64,000 nt of DNA from NCBI GenBank assembly GCA_963733055.1, contig CAVTBR010000002.1:256001-320000 (forward strand), written 5' to 3'. Of this stretch, positions 1 through 9,764 are shown one piece after another. Position numbers and translations under genes: made by a program. The notes under the pieces were generated by a model. The model was not told the DNA's origin. It ran no database searches and saw only the letters and a program-made list of their open reading frames with translations. The stretch comes from Candidatus Bathyarchaeota archaeon. GTDB lineage: Archaea > Thermoproteota > Bathyarchaeia > 40CM-2-53-6. Position 1 is the stretch's first letter. Every line of letters begins with the position of its first letter.

Positions 1-1093
1 TGATTTCTTTGTCTCCGCTTAGTTCAAGCATACGTTCTGCTGCGTAGAGAAGTTCAACCAAGCGAGCCCAGTGAGTTGCCAGCGTTGCGTGTACAGGTTT
101 GCCGCCGAGAGTTTCGTACATCTTCTTGTATTCTTCCTGGGCTAGGGGCGTCGCCATGCCGTCGGCAGCGTTCAAGCGTGACAACGGCGTCGCCTTGTAA
201 ACTCCGCTATCTTTTCCGCCGACGAAACCTTTCCAGCCGATGCTCTTCAGGTACGGGTACTTGAGGTAGGTCCACGGTTCCACGTGTTCCGCGATGTACT
301 GCCGGTAGTCTTTGGGATGATATTTCGCAAACTCTTTTCCCTCAGGATCTATGACCCTGATCTTTCCGTCATAGAAATTCACCTGGTTCTCTTCGTCCAC
401 TGTGCCCATGTAGTAGGTTTTGCTGGCATATGTCTTGCCGAGTATCAGGCTTACGTATTCCTTGTTCTGAAGGACGACTTCGTCGAACAATTTGAGTGTA
501 AATTTTGCGAACTCGACTTCTGATTCCGCTATCTTCTCGATTCTAGTTCGCTCTTCTTCCGTAATTGCTTTGGTCACACCGCCGGGGACTCCACAGGCTG
601 GGTGAATTCTCTTTCCGCCAATAATCCCCACTACGTCGAGGGCATCTGAGCGGTGCTTGATTACGGATGCACCGATATTTAGACCGACTTTTGATATGAC
701 GCCCAGAATGTTCCGTTCCGCTTTAGGGGCGGAAGGCCCCATCACGAAGTCTGGGCCGGCTAGAATGTAGAAGTGAGTTGTGTGATCCGCTACGAAGAAA
801 GCGCTGTAGAGTAGTTCTCTCAATTTTTTCGCGGTAGGTGGAGGGTCAACGTGAAAGACAGCGTCAAGGGCTTTGGTTGAGGCTAGGTGGTGGGCCTCAG
901 GGCATACGCCGCAGATCCTACTGGTGATGTCCGGCATCTCCTCAACCCGTCTGCCTTCACAGAATTTTTCGAATCCCCTAAGTTCGGGCACTTGGAAGTA
1001 TGCATTCTCAACATTCCCTTCGTCGTTAAGAAAGATGGAAATCTTGCCGTGCCCCTCAAGCCTGGTTACAGGGTTGATGGTAATGGTTTTCAT
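1..1093 (-). CDS. mvhA: Group 3c [NiFe]-hydrogenase large subunit (methyl-viologen-reducing hydrogenase alpha), 3' end outside the window
   Basis: Not in the ORF track. ATG at 1093 overlaps the mvhG stop (ATGA) and reads MKTITINPVTRLEGHGKISIFLNDEGNVENAYFQVPELRGFEKFCEGRRVEEMPDITSRICGVCPEAHH, containing the L1 Ni-binding RICGxC motif. Confidence 0.95.
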   Translation of the reverse strand, partial: MKTITINPVTRLEGHGKISIFLNDEGNVENAYFQVPELRGFEKFCEGRRVEEMPDITSRICGVCPEAHHLASTKALDAVFHVDPPPTAKKLRELLYSAFFVADHTTHFYILAGPDFVMGPSAPKAERNILGVISKVGLNIGASVIKHRSDALDVVGIIGGKRIHPACGVPGGVTKAITEEERTRIEKIAESEVEFAKFTLKLFDEVVLQNKEYVSLILGKTYASKTYYMGTVDEENQVNFYDGKIRVIDPEGKEFAKYHPKDYRQYIAEHVEPWTYLKYPYLKSIGWKGFVGGKDSGVYKATPLSRLNAADGMATPLAQEEYKKMYETLGGKPVHATLATHWARLVELLYAAERMLELSGDKEI

Positions 1094-2046
1094 TCTTTCG
1101 TCCTCTTCAATAGCGATCGTGCAAGGCCAAATCGATAGAAGGTTCCAATGGGGTCAACGACGCTGTCGGCCAGTTTCTGGATATCCTCTTCGCTCTCTGC
1201 ATCGAAGACAGATGCAAGCGCTGAGAGCATCTTCGCACCTTGGTCTACCACGTTTGGTAATGGGCCGTAGCAACCTCTGCAAGGGCTGTTAGCGTCTAGG
1301 CAAATAGCGCCGCAGCCACCCCTTGTCGCGGGCCCCATGCATATGACCCCCTGCTCTAGCAGGCACTTCTTCGGATCTGATATCGTTTCATAAGTCCGGA
1401 CAAGTTTCGATACCTTTCTGTCTGTCTTCTCACGTTTGCACTCGTGGCAAAGTGATTTGTCGGATGCGCCGAGCACAGCTCCCTTCGGTGGAAGCAAGCC
1501 GCTTAGGATGGTTCCGACTACTTTCTCGATTTGAGCTCCCATTGGTGGGCAACCTGGAACGTAATAGTCGACGTCAACAACCTGATCCAGCGTCCTAACT
1601 GTGCCATAAAATTCCGGGAGCGTGAGCTCGCCTTCCGGCGCTGCGAATTTTGTTTGAGGCGTTATGTTTTGTGGGTTGTCTGTGGTTGGGGTTTCCTTGT
1701 AGGATGAATTGAAGATCTGTTCCTTGTTCTTCGTGTTTGCTAATGCGGGTATGCCGCCCATGGTTGCGCAGGCTCCGAACGCCACGAGCAGTTTGGACTT
1801 GGCTCTGAGTAGCTGCGCTAGATGCAGGTTTTCGGAGGTTTGGATTGCTCCGTTGAAGAAGGTCACGTCGATATTTTTGTCCGACATGCTTTCTAGGTCT
1901 GAGTACTTGAAGTCTAATGCAACAGGCCAGAAGACTATGTCAATTTTATCCTGCAGTTCGACGAGCTTAGTCCCTAGCTCCAGGATGGCGATTTCGCAGC
2001 CGCCACAGCTACTTGCCCAGTTGAAGGCAATTTTGGGTTTGGTCAT
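1090..2046 (-). CDS. mvhG: [NiFe]-hydrogenase small subunit MvhG
   Basis: SCGGC, GACA, PGCPP and distal-cluster CHEC...CLL..ICMGP..RGGC...CRGC motifs; lies between mvhD and mvhA. Confidence 0.95.
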   Translation of the reverse strand: MTKPKIAFNWASSCGGCEIAILELGTKLVELQDKIDIVFWPVALDFKYSDLESMSDKNIDVTFFNGAIQTSENLHLAQLLRAKSKLLVAFGACATMGGIPALANTKNKEQIFNSSYKETPTTDNPQNITPQTKFAAPEGELTLPEFYGTVRTLDQVVDVDYYVPGCPPMGAQIEKVVGTILSGLLPPKGAVLGASDKSLCHECKREKTDRKVSKLVRTYETISDPKKCLLEQGVICMGPATRGGCGAICLDANSPCRGCYGPLPNVVDQGAKMLSALASVFDAESEEDIQKLADSVVDPIGTFYRFGLARSLLKRTKE

Positions 2047-2486
2047 GCCGGTATCACTACTTCTCGCTTCCAGTTGAGTGGCCCTAAGGTTCGGATTTCT
2101 TCTGTCATGCTTTCCACGATGCTAGCGTATCTTCCACCTTCAGAGGCCGAAACCCATTCCAGCCTCACGCGCTCCTTCTCTATTCCAAATTCGCCGAGTA
2201 GGTTCTGTAGAAGTTTGAATCGTCGGATCGTCTTCACATTGCCATTTATGTAGTGGCAGTCGCCCGGATGGCATCCGGCTATCAATACACCGTCGGCGCC
2301 TGCCGCGAGAGCCTTCAGAACAAGTGTTGGGTCGATCCGGCCAGAGCAGTTTACTCGAATAGGGGTTATGTTCGGAGGATAGATGATCCTACTTAGTCCC
2401 GCAAGATCGGCTCCTGTATAGGCACACCATCTGCAGAGGAACCCTACGATCTTTGGTTCGAATCGCGTATCCAAGTCAATCACCAT
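2043..2486 (-). CDS. mvhD: MvhD [2Fe-2S] hydrogenase-Hdr adaptor subunit
   Basis: FLCRWCAYTGAD, CSGRID, GCHPGDCHY and WVSASEG signature motifs. Confidence 0.96.
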   Translation of the reverse strand: MVIDLDTRFEPKIVGFLCRWCAYTGADLAGLSRIIYPPNITPIRVNCSGRIDPTLVLKALAAGADGVLIAGCHPGDCHYINGNVKTIRRFKLLQNLLGEFGIEKERVRLEWVSASEGGRYASIVESMTEEIRTLGPLNWKREVVIPA

Positions 2487-2490
2487 AATC

Positions 2491-4449
2491 CTACGAGCAG
2501 ATCGCTTCGATTTCGGTCATTAACTGCTTGTTAGTGAAATTCTGTTGCTCAATTGCCCCTGAGGGACATGCCGCTACGCAGACTCCGCATCCCTTGCAGA
2601 GAACTGAAGTGATGGCGGCACGGTTGTTGGATTCATCAAAGCTTATGGCGAGGTAGGGGCAAAGGCCCACGCAGATTTTGCACCCGGAACAAGCCTCCTC
2701 GTTGATAATAGCAACAGTCGGTTCCAACTCGATCTCTCCCTTATCGGCAAATGAGATCACGTTCGCCGCAGCCGCGGCACCTTGGGCCACGCAGTCAGGG
2801 ATATCCTTGGGGCTCTGACAGGATCCGGCGACGTAGATGCCCTGCGCTGCCGTTGAAACAGGGGCAAGCTTCGGGTGTCTCTCAAGGAAGAAACCATCTT
2901 TGCTTCTGCTGATTCCAAATATGTGCGCTAATTGTGAAGCATCCTTTCTCGGTTCTAGGCCTACGCTCAAAACGACCATATCGACCGCAACGCGACGCAC
3001 GATCCCTAGGAGTGTGTCTTCAGCGACAACAATCAGCTTTCCTTTCTCAGAAGGATCCTGAGCCACATCTGTGACTTCAGCCACCCGGCCTCGGATGAAC
3101 GTAACGTCTTCATGTAATACGCGTTTGTAGAATTCTTCATATCCTTTCCCAAAGGCTCGCATGTCGATATAGAACTCGTAGACTTTCGCGTCGGTCTTCT
3201 CATGCACGAGATGAGCGGTTTTCAATGAGTACATGCAGCAGACTCGAGAACAATGCTCGTTGTAGTTCTTATCGCGGCTTCCAACGCAATGTACGATTGC
3301 GACACTCTCAGGTGGCTTACCGTTTTTGAGTTGTATCTTTCCGGCAGTAGGTCCAGAGGCGTGTGTGAGCCTCTCAAATTCTATGCTAGTGATGACGTTC
3401 GGAAGCCTGCCATAACCATATTCTTTGATTCGAGTGGCGTCGAAGAGATCGAAACCAGTGGCTAGAATCGCTGAACCAACCGGAACTTCAACATATTTCT
3501 CCTTTTGTTCAAAGTCTATTGCGTGATGAGCACAGAACTTTTCGCAGACCCTGCAGACACCTTTAGTGAAGTAGAGGCAGTGTTCTCGGTCTATGACGGG
3601 TACGTTTGGCACGGCTTGTGGAAATGGTCTGTAGATCGCTTTTCTTTTTCCGAGCTTACAATCAAATTCGCTCGGGACGCTCAATGGACATTTTTCTTCG
3701 CATTGGCCGCAACCCGTGCACTTGTCCTCATCAACGTATCTCGGTCTTTTGCGGATTTTGGCTGTGAACTTTCCTACATATCCTGAGAAGTCTGTCACGT
3801 CGCTGTAAGTTAACAGTTCGATGTTTTCGTGTTGCTCAACAGATACCATCTTGGGTGTGAGAATGCATGCCGCGCAATCGAGAGTCGGGAAGGTCTTGTC
3901 AAATCGAGTCATATACCCACCTATAGTGGGCTCCTTCTCTACCAAGTAGACCTTCTTGCCGGAGTCTGCGATCTGAAGCGCCGCTTCGATTCCAGTTACT
4001 CCACCACCAACAATGAGGACGCTCGAATTGACTGCGACTTTCTGCACTTCGAGAGGCTCGTTGAAATTCACTCGCATTACGGCGGCTCTCACAATATCCT
4101 TAGCTCTTTCCGTTGCAAGAACTCTATTCTGGGTTATCCAGGAGCACTGTTCTCGAATGTTGGCCATCTGGAATAGGTACGGATTGAGCCCTGCTTTCGC
4201 AACAGCTCGCCTAAACGTTGGCTCATGCATTAGCGGTGAACAAGAGGCGACGACGACTCTAGTAAGTCCCATCTCGCGAATATCGTTTTGAATCATTTCC
4301 TGGCCAGGGTTGGAGCACATGAACTGATAGTCTCGTGCAATGGTAACGTTAGGCAGGTGGCTGGCGTACTCCGCGAGAGCTTTGCAGTCAACCGTCTTGG
4401 CTATGTTTAGCCCACAGTGACAGATGTAGACCCCTATTTTTTCACTCAA
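2491..4449 (-). CDS. hdrA: Heterodisulfide reductase subunit A (FAD, electron-bifurcating)
   Basis: GVYICHCGxNI N-terminus, GGGxxG FAD motif, DKTFPTLDCAACIL, HCVGSR, CSRVCCMY and ferredoxin domains; 652 aa, TTG start. Confidence 0.97.
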   Translation of the reverse strand: MSEKIGVYICHCGLNIAKTVDCKALAEYASHLPNVTIARDYQFMCSNPGQEMIQNDIREMGLTRVVVASCSPLMHEPTFRRAVAKAGLNPYLFQMANIREQCSWITQNRVLATERAKDIVRAAVMRVNFNEPLEVQKVAVNSSVLIVGGGVTGIEAALQIADSGKKVYLVEKEPTIGGYMTRFDKTFPTLDCAACILTPKMVSVEQHENIELLTYSDVTDFSGYVGKFTAKIRKRPRYVDEDKCTGCGQCEEKCPLSVPSEFDCKLGKRKAIYRPFPQAVPNVPVIDREHCLYFTKGVCRVCEKFCAHHAIDFEQKEKYVEVPVGSAILATGFDLFDATRIKEYGYGRLPNVITSIEFERLTHASGPTAGKIQLKNGKPPESVAIVHCVGSRDKNYNEHCSRVCCMYSLKTAHLVHEKTDAKVYEFYIDMRAFGKGYEEFYKRVLHEDVTFIRGRVAEVTDVAQDPSEKGKLIVVAEDTLLGIVRRVAVDMVVLSVGLEPRKDASQLAHIFGISRSKDGFFLERHPKLAPVSTAAQGIYVAGSCQSPKDIPDCVAQGAAAAANVISFADKGEIELEPTVAIINEEACSGCKICVGLCPYLAISFDESNNRAAITSVLCKGCGVCVAACPSGAIEQQNFTNKQLMTEIEAICS

Positions 4450-5340
4450 CTACCCGATAACCTCCAAATGCTTCTCCAAGAGTGGCCGACTGGAAATCAT
4501 TTCCTCGTCGATTCCGAGTTCTTTACGTGAGAAGCCAAAAGCCAACCCCATGAGCTGGGTGAAGTACAATGTTGGAATCTTGAAGTCTGTTCCAAACATT
4601 TTGTTGACATCGCCTTGGTATGTCTCAATGTTCATGTGGCACAGAGGACAAATTGTGACGATGCATTCTGCTCCGTTTTGTTTAGCACAGTCAAGAATAT
4701 TCCTGTTCAAGCCAAGAGCGACATCCTCGTTGGTCATCATCAGAAGACCTCCACAACACTTCGTCTTGAGGGGGAAGTCGACCGGCTTTGCTCCGATCCA
4801 TGCTAGCAGTTTGTCTAGGATCACGGGGAATTCTTTGTCGTCGATCTCACCGAAGGGTCGCGTCAATTGGCAGCCGTAGTAAGGGGCGACCTTAAGACCC
4901 GACAGTTTTGTCTTGATTCTGGCTTTGACCCCTTCCTCCCCTACCTCATTGACTATGACCTCAAGCAGATGCCTGACCTTGACGCTACCTCGATACTGGA
5001 GATTAGCGGCTTTTAGAGAGTTTTCGATGGTTCTCTTGAATCTCGATTCCTCGGCCAAGTAACGGTTTGTCTTGGTCAAGGTTGTAAGGCATGCGGGGCA
5101 GACCACGACAAGATCTTTTTTCTCCTTCTCAGCGAGAACAAGGTTTCTCGCCGACAGAAGATGAGCTTTCATCTCGTGAATGGACATGTAGGCCGAAGCG
5201 CCACAGCAATTCCAATCGTTCAGCTCTGAGAGGTCAATGTCGAGCGCCTTGCAAACTATCTGAGTTGACTTATCATATGCCCTGTTCATTCCCTTAACCG
5301 AGCAACCTGGATAATAGGAGAACCCAAGCCGAGCCTGCAA
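4450..5340 (-). CDS. hdrB: Heterodisulfide reductase subunit B (two CCG domains)
   Basis: YYPGC..NCCG..CPAC and YYGC..CCG..CPLC. Start moved to the TTG at 5340, just after the hdrC stop (the ORF-track start at 5415 overlaps hdrC). Confidence 0.93.
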   Translation of the reverse strand: MQARLGFSYYPGCSVKGMNRAYDKSTQIVCKALDIDLSELNDWNCCGASAYMSIHEMKAHLLSARNLVLAEKEKKDLVVVCPACLTTLTKTNRYLAEESRFKRTIENSLKAANLQYRGSVKVRHLLEVIVNEVGEEGVKARIKTKLSGLKVAPYYGCQLTRPFGEIDDKEFPVILDKLLAWIGAKPVDFPLKTKCCGGLLMMTNEDVALGLNRNILDCAKQNGAECIVTICPLCHMNIETYQGDVNKMFGTDFKIPTLYFTQLMGLAFGFSRKELGIDEEMISSRPLLEKHLEVIG

Positions 5341-5342
5341 CT

Positions 5343-5960
5343 CTAACTTGTCTCCTCTCTGGACGGGCCGGAGTGAAGGCCTGAGATCATAGGCTCCGTC
5401 ATCAGTCCGGCGCATTTTTCCAATTCCGCAATCCCCCTAATCTTGTGTGAGGTTAGCGGCATCCTTCCGCGCATGAACAACTTCATAGCCCGTGGAATCA
5501 TTTTGAAAGTTCCGAGCGGGTTTGTCTTCAACATGAACCTGCTGACAAGGGGTACCTCCGCAATCCTTCCGTTCTTGTCGACAATGTCGGCAAACAGCTT
5601 AGCCACTACTGCCGCCTTGACACCCTTCGGCGTTAGCCCGAATTCGATCGCTAGTCGTTTCAACTCATACATGATATCTGTGAGCTTGATCCCTGAAGGA
5701 CAACGAACTGTGCATGAGTAACATGATGAGCAGAGCCAGATCGTGTTACTCTTGAGTACTTTCTCAAGCATTCCGGCTCTGAAAGCCGCAATGATTTCTC
5801 TTGGAGTGTAGTCCATTGCGTAGCTGGTCGGGCAGGAGGCGCTGCAAGTTCCGCACTGGATGCACTCTTTTATTTTGTCGCCACCGGGAATGCTATAGAC
5901 ATCGTGGAGGAAGACATCGCCTAGGGCGTGCACTCTTCGTTCAAGGCGCTCTACTTGCAA
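5343..5960 (-). CDS. hdrC: Heterodisulfide reductase subunit C (2x[4Fe-4S])
   Basis: CIQCGTCSASCP and IWLCSSCYSCTVRCP; first gene of the operon. Confidence 0.94.
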   Translation of the reverse strand: MQVERLERRVHALGDVFLHDVYSIPGGDKIKECIQCGTCSASCPTSYAMDYTPREIIAAFRAGMLEKVLKSNTIWLCSSCYSCTVRCPSGIKLTDIMYELKRLAIEFGLTPKGVKAAVVAKLFADIVDKNGRIAEVPLVSRFMLKTNPLGTFKMIPRAMKLFMRGRMPLTSHKIRGIAELEKCAGLMTEPMISGLHSGPSREETS

Positions 5961-6080
5961 GAGATATCAAACGAGAAACATTCCCCACCATAGTGTATAG
6001 AGATGGTGCCGGTGTTCTACGTATCATTATATAGAAACACTGCAGTCGACGGTTCGGCTGGGTAGAAGTAATTTGTTATA

Positions 6081-6479
6081 CTAACGCACTGTAACAGTAA
6101 GTGGCTTCGTAGCCTGCCAAGCTTTCATCGTCTTTTCTTGGAGCTTTAGGGCGAAGTCGCTCCCCACATCATTAATTGCCTTAAGGATAAGCAGATCCTC
6201 AACACTACGTAATTCGCATTTGATTCGACCCACAATGTCAGACCCACAGCAGGCCACACAGTAACCCTCGTGAGAGTCGATTTCAGCAGGCGTAAGATCA
6301 GTCACGGTCTGATGAGACTTGCAGAGGCTAATCAAGTCCTTCGCTCCTCTTAATGCGATATAGATGTCCGGAGGGAGAGTCACTATTCTACCCGCCAGTT
6401 CCACTGTGGCATCGTTCAAGATCGTCCATGCAGTATCAAGCTGTTCACACCGTTGTCTTGTAGTCTGATCCGTGCCCAT
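6081..6479 (-). CDS. Hypothetical protein, possibly DUF2096-like, with a CxxCC motif
   Basis: 132-aa helical ORF; the WxxLxD...LRxAKxxI pattern recalls DUF2096 (from memory, unverified); YCVACCG motif. Confidence 0.55.
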   Translation of the reverse strand: MGTDQTTRQRCEQLDTAWTILNDATVELAGRIVTLPPDIYIALRGAKDLISLCKSHQTVTDLTPAEIDSHEGYCVACCGSDIVGRIKCELRSVEDLLILKAINDVGSDFALKLQEKTMKAWQATKPLTVTVR

Positions 6480-6619
6480 TGATCGCGCCTAGGCATCACT
6501 GAGGCTGGTTTCCCTATAATTACTACCGTCCCAACAGTATATGTACCAATTACATAGTCCGGATTCAATATACAGAACCGACTGAACCAAGACCCCGACC
6601 AAATGTGCGAGTCCACTAA

Positions 6620-7105
6620 TTAGAACCATAATTCATAGAGTTGTGATGGGTTCGGCTTTTCATCTGAAAGAGAAAATCCAAACGCGTCCCGCTTCAGCGC
6701 TCGTCTCACTATCCAAGTGTTGAGTTTTGGTACATCTGAACGTGCTTCCATTTCATCCACCGAGAAATATCTAAGATCTGAGATCTCGGCGTTATCCGGC
6801 TTAAGTTCGCCACCTAAGACTTTCACAAGAAATGCCATGTATACGTCGCACTTTCCTCCCTCTGCCCTACTCCTCACCGATACCAATTTGAGGGGTTCAA
6901 CTTGAAGCCCCGTTTCTTCGCGCACCTCCCGTCTAACGGCCTGACCTATAGTTTCAGTCGATTTCACGTATCCGCCCGGTAGAATCCATCCCATATGGCC
7001 GTACGTTAACTTAACCAGAAGAACCTTATCGCCATCAATTACGACGCCTCCTACACCGATCGTGAAAGGACCTGGCGGAAATTCAGGCTCCGTAGTAGCT
7101 GGCAA
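6620..7105 (-). CDS. Nudix hydrolase
   Basis: Nudix box GGYVKSTETIGQAVRREVREETGL. Confidence 0.92.
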   Translation of the reverse strand: MPATTEPEFPPGPFTIGVGGVVIDGDKVLLVKLTYGHMGWILPGGYVKSTETIGQAVRREVREETGLQVEPLKLVSVRSRAEGGKCDVYMAFLVKVLGGELKPDNAEISDLRYFSVDEMEARSDVPKLNTWIVRRALKRDAFGFSLSDEKPNPSQLYELWF

Positions 7106-7394
7106 GACTTCTCAACGGACTACAACAGTATCGGAAAATAAATCTAGGTTTCATCGGCTGAACAGCTCATTTCGGAAGAGCTTATACTAGGCTAGGGTAG
7201 GGCGCCGAGAAAGTGTCCAATTAGGAATCCTACGAATCCGGCCGTTAGACCGATAATTAGCATCAGTAAACCGCTCTTTCAGGACGAAGCTACAGTCAAT
7301 TATGTTGTAACATCTAGCTTGCCGGTCGTATTGGTAGAATAAGCCTTAAGATACAAAAATTACAAGGTTGTGGCGGAGTCGAAAAACTGTGGTA

Positions 7395-7703
7395 ATGAAG
7401 GTCTCTACAACAACCGTGCTTGGCCTACTTGCTGGTCTTGCCGTCGGAGTAATCGGTCTTGGACGAGCCAATGGCCTCAGCCCTGACTTAGCCAACGTTG
7501 CGTCCAAGATTCATCAATACGCGCTATGGATCGTGCTGTTATCTTTGCTTGTGCCGTTACTTGATTATTTTGTGTCTACAAATTTGCCTACGACGGTCAT
7601 TGGTTTCGTGACACGCCAACCGTTTCGTCACATAGCCGGCTTCTTCACGGGTCTGGCCGTAGGTTTACTTGTTCTAATCATATTTGCACCTCAAATCTTT
7701 TAG
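7395..7703 (+). CDS. Small membrane protein (about 3 TM), unknown function
   Basis: Hydrophobic segments; ATG start (MKVSTTTV) preferred over the TTG at 7368. Confidence 0.6.
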   Translation: MKVSTTTVLGLLAGLAVGVIGLGRANGLSPDLANVASKIHQYALWIVLLSLLVPLLDYFVSTNLPTTVIGFVTRQPFRHIAGFFTGLAVGLLVLIIFAPQIF

Positions 7704-7776
7704 ATTACCCAATAGAAACTGCGTGCGAACCTAGTAGGCCGAAATTCTTGACCGGATTTCTGGAGAATTAAGCGCA

Positions 7777-8487
7777 TTGCCAAGTGAGAAAAGGATAGTC
7801 GTATCCAAGAATGGCCCTTACCTTGTCTCGGGGGCCATTCCCCTCGCCATGCAGATAATTACACCAAACGAAGAGGGGTTCTCATGGGATTGGAAGGAAG
7901 GCAAAGCCTTCGACACAAAAGCAGAGTACAGCCTTTGTCGTTGCGGCCGTTCAAAGACCAAACCGTTCTGCGATAGCAGTCATAAGAAAATTAGATTCAA
8001 CGGAAAAGAGAGCGCGAGTCGCACGCCGATTGCAAGGCAATCGGAAACATTTGATGGGCCAACCATGACTCTCGACGATGCGGAACAACTTTGTGCTTTC
8101 GCGCGGTTCTGCGATCCTGGCGGAAAGATTTGGGGTCTGATAGAACAAACGGATAACCCTGAAGCCCGCGAGTTGGCCATAAGAGAGGCCAATCACTGCC
8201 CGGCAGGCCGGCTGGTCCTACACGATAAGAAGACGGGGAAGGAAATTGAACATAAGCTTCCACCCTCCATCGGTGTGGTTGAAGATCCGGCGCTTGGGTG
8301 CAGCGGTCCCCTCTGGGTTCGTGGAGGCGTAAGAATCGAATCTGAGAACGGCACGCCATACGAGGCGCGGAATTGCGTTACGCTTTGCCGCTGTGGAGCT
8401 TCGAGCAACATGCCTTTCTGCAATGGCAGTCACGCAAGCATCAAGTTCAGAGACGGACTCATGGAATTCAAGAACGAAGACCAGTGA
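7777..8487 (+). CDS. CDGSH iron-sulfur domain protein (two CDGSH-type domains around a divergent 4Fe-4S domain)
   Basis: LCRCGRSKTKPFCDSSH and LCRCGASSNMPFCNGSH; central CAFARFC...HCPAG. Confidence 0.92.
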   Translation: MPSEKRIVVSKNGPYLVSGAIPLAMQIITPNEEGFSWDWKEGKAFDTKAEYSLCRCGRSKTKPFCDSSHKKIRFNGKESASRTPIARQSETFDGPTMTLDDAEQLCAFARFCDPGGKIWGLIEQTDNPEARELAIREANHCPAGRLVLHDKKTGKEIEHKLPPSIGVVEDPALGCSGPLWVRGGVRIESENGTPYEARNCVTLCRCGASSNMPFCNGSHASIKFRDGLMEFKNEDQ

Positions 8488-8497
8488 ACTGCGATAA

Positions 8498-9271
8498 ATG
8501 AAAAGGAAAACTGAACCGACAATTAGCGAAGATGAGAAGCGACGAGTCGCGTAGGCTTTCGATAGCGCCACCGTGACAATGCGCGAACACCGTTTTGACA
8601 TAGGGGACGGAGTGGAGGTCGCGATAGAGCCCAGACTTCCCTTCATGGGTTACACAAAACCGGAGGGCAATAAATTCAGAGTAACCATTTCCGGCAATGC
8701 CGTGGAGTCCGGAATGCTCGAAGGGTTGCTAGTTCATGAAATGTCGCACATTTACCGAATGCGAACAAACCACCCATCACACAATGCACGCATCATCGAT
8801 TCCGCCATCCGTGACCTCGGAGAAGCTCTGCGTTACGATTATCAACGGAAAATCGTCGGCGAACTCGTGAACAACATCGAAGACCTCTATGCGGACGACA
8901 TAGCGATCAAAGTGATACGCGACGGATCTATTTCTGAAGATCAACTCAGCGATTTCCTTCAGGACTGGGTGAAGGACGAACCTGTAGAAACGAGTGATCC
9001 GGTCAGAGACAGGTGGGTCAACGCCTCAATAATGGCAAACAACGCTCGCGCAATCAGCCAAATGGCAAGGCATCAAATAGAAGACAAGGAGGGAAGGGCT
9101 GAGGCAATGAATGAAAACTTCCTCAATCTCGTATCGCCCGAGATTTCGACTCAATACGAATATTTCTTGAACACGCTGATCAATTTGAATGAAGATATAA
9201 CCTCAGAACAGTACCGTAGGCTGCTCGGAGAATACTTAAACAGGTTTTTGTCGGCCACGGAAATGAATTAG
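8498..9271 (+). CDS. Zincin-like HExxH protein (possibly DUF5781-like); in-frame TAG at 8552-8554 near the N-terminus
   Basis: LLVHEMSHIYR and downstream IEDLYADD. ATG 8498 is in frame with the 8573 ORF but interrupted by one TAG; a shorter product from 8573/8579 is possible. Confidence 0.7.
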
Positions 9272-9370
9272 CCAGTCCTTTCGAGTTATCACTCTTTGAA
9301 GATCTGTAGAGCTACGCATCTCTAGTCAGAACTCAGAAAATGGGGTGTGGGAGAAAAATCTCCCAGGGTT

Positions 9371-9577
9371 CTATTGTACTATTTCGCCGGTTGCGAATCT
9401 TGGTCCAACGGAATTAATTTTGACCTTCACCTTATCGCCAGGTTTGGATTGTGGGACGAAAACTACGAAACCTTCGATCCTTGCGACTCCGTCACCACGA
9501 CGGCTGGTCTCTTTGATCTCAAGTTCGTATTCCTTACCTTCCTCAACTGGCTTGTTGACGGAACGATCATAGCTCAT
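9371..9577 (-). CDS. Single TRAM-domain protein (archaeal RNA chaperone, cold-shock type)
   Basis: KPVEEGKEYELEIKETSRRGDGVARIEGFVVFVP; GAGGTGA Shine-Dalgarno ahead of the ATG at 9577. Confidence 0.93.
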   Translation of the reverse strand: MSYDRSVNKPVEEGKEYELEIKETSRRGDGVARIEGFVVFVPQSKPGDKVKVKINSVGPRFATGEIVQ

Positions 9578-9764
9578 GCGTTTCACCTCGTAAGTTTGGT
9601 TCAGCTAGTTTCTCGGGAGAAATAGGACGCCGACACGGATTTACGGTAGGACGTTCGCTTCAGCCCGTATACCTAACTTGCCATCAAGCAAGCAACCGTG
9701 TCTATTAAACTGATTATCGAGCTTCGAAATCTGCTTTATGTCGCCGGGATTGAGCCATCCCGAT

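Noticed and set aside
1-5960. Selenocysteine recoding in Mvh/Hdr subunits
   Set aside because: All relevant visible motifs have Cys codons and the frames are uninterrupted; the MvhA C-terminus is outside the window and cannot be judged
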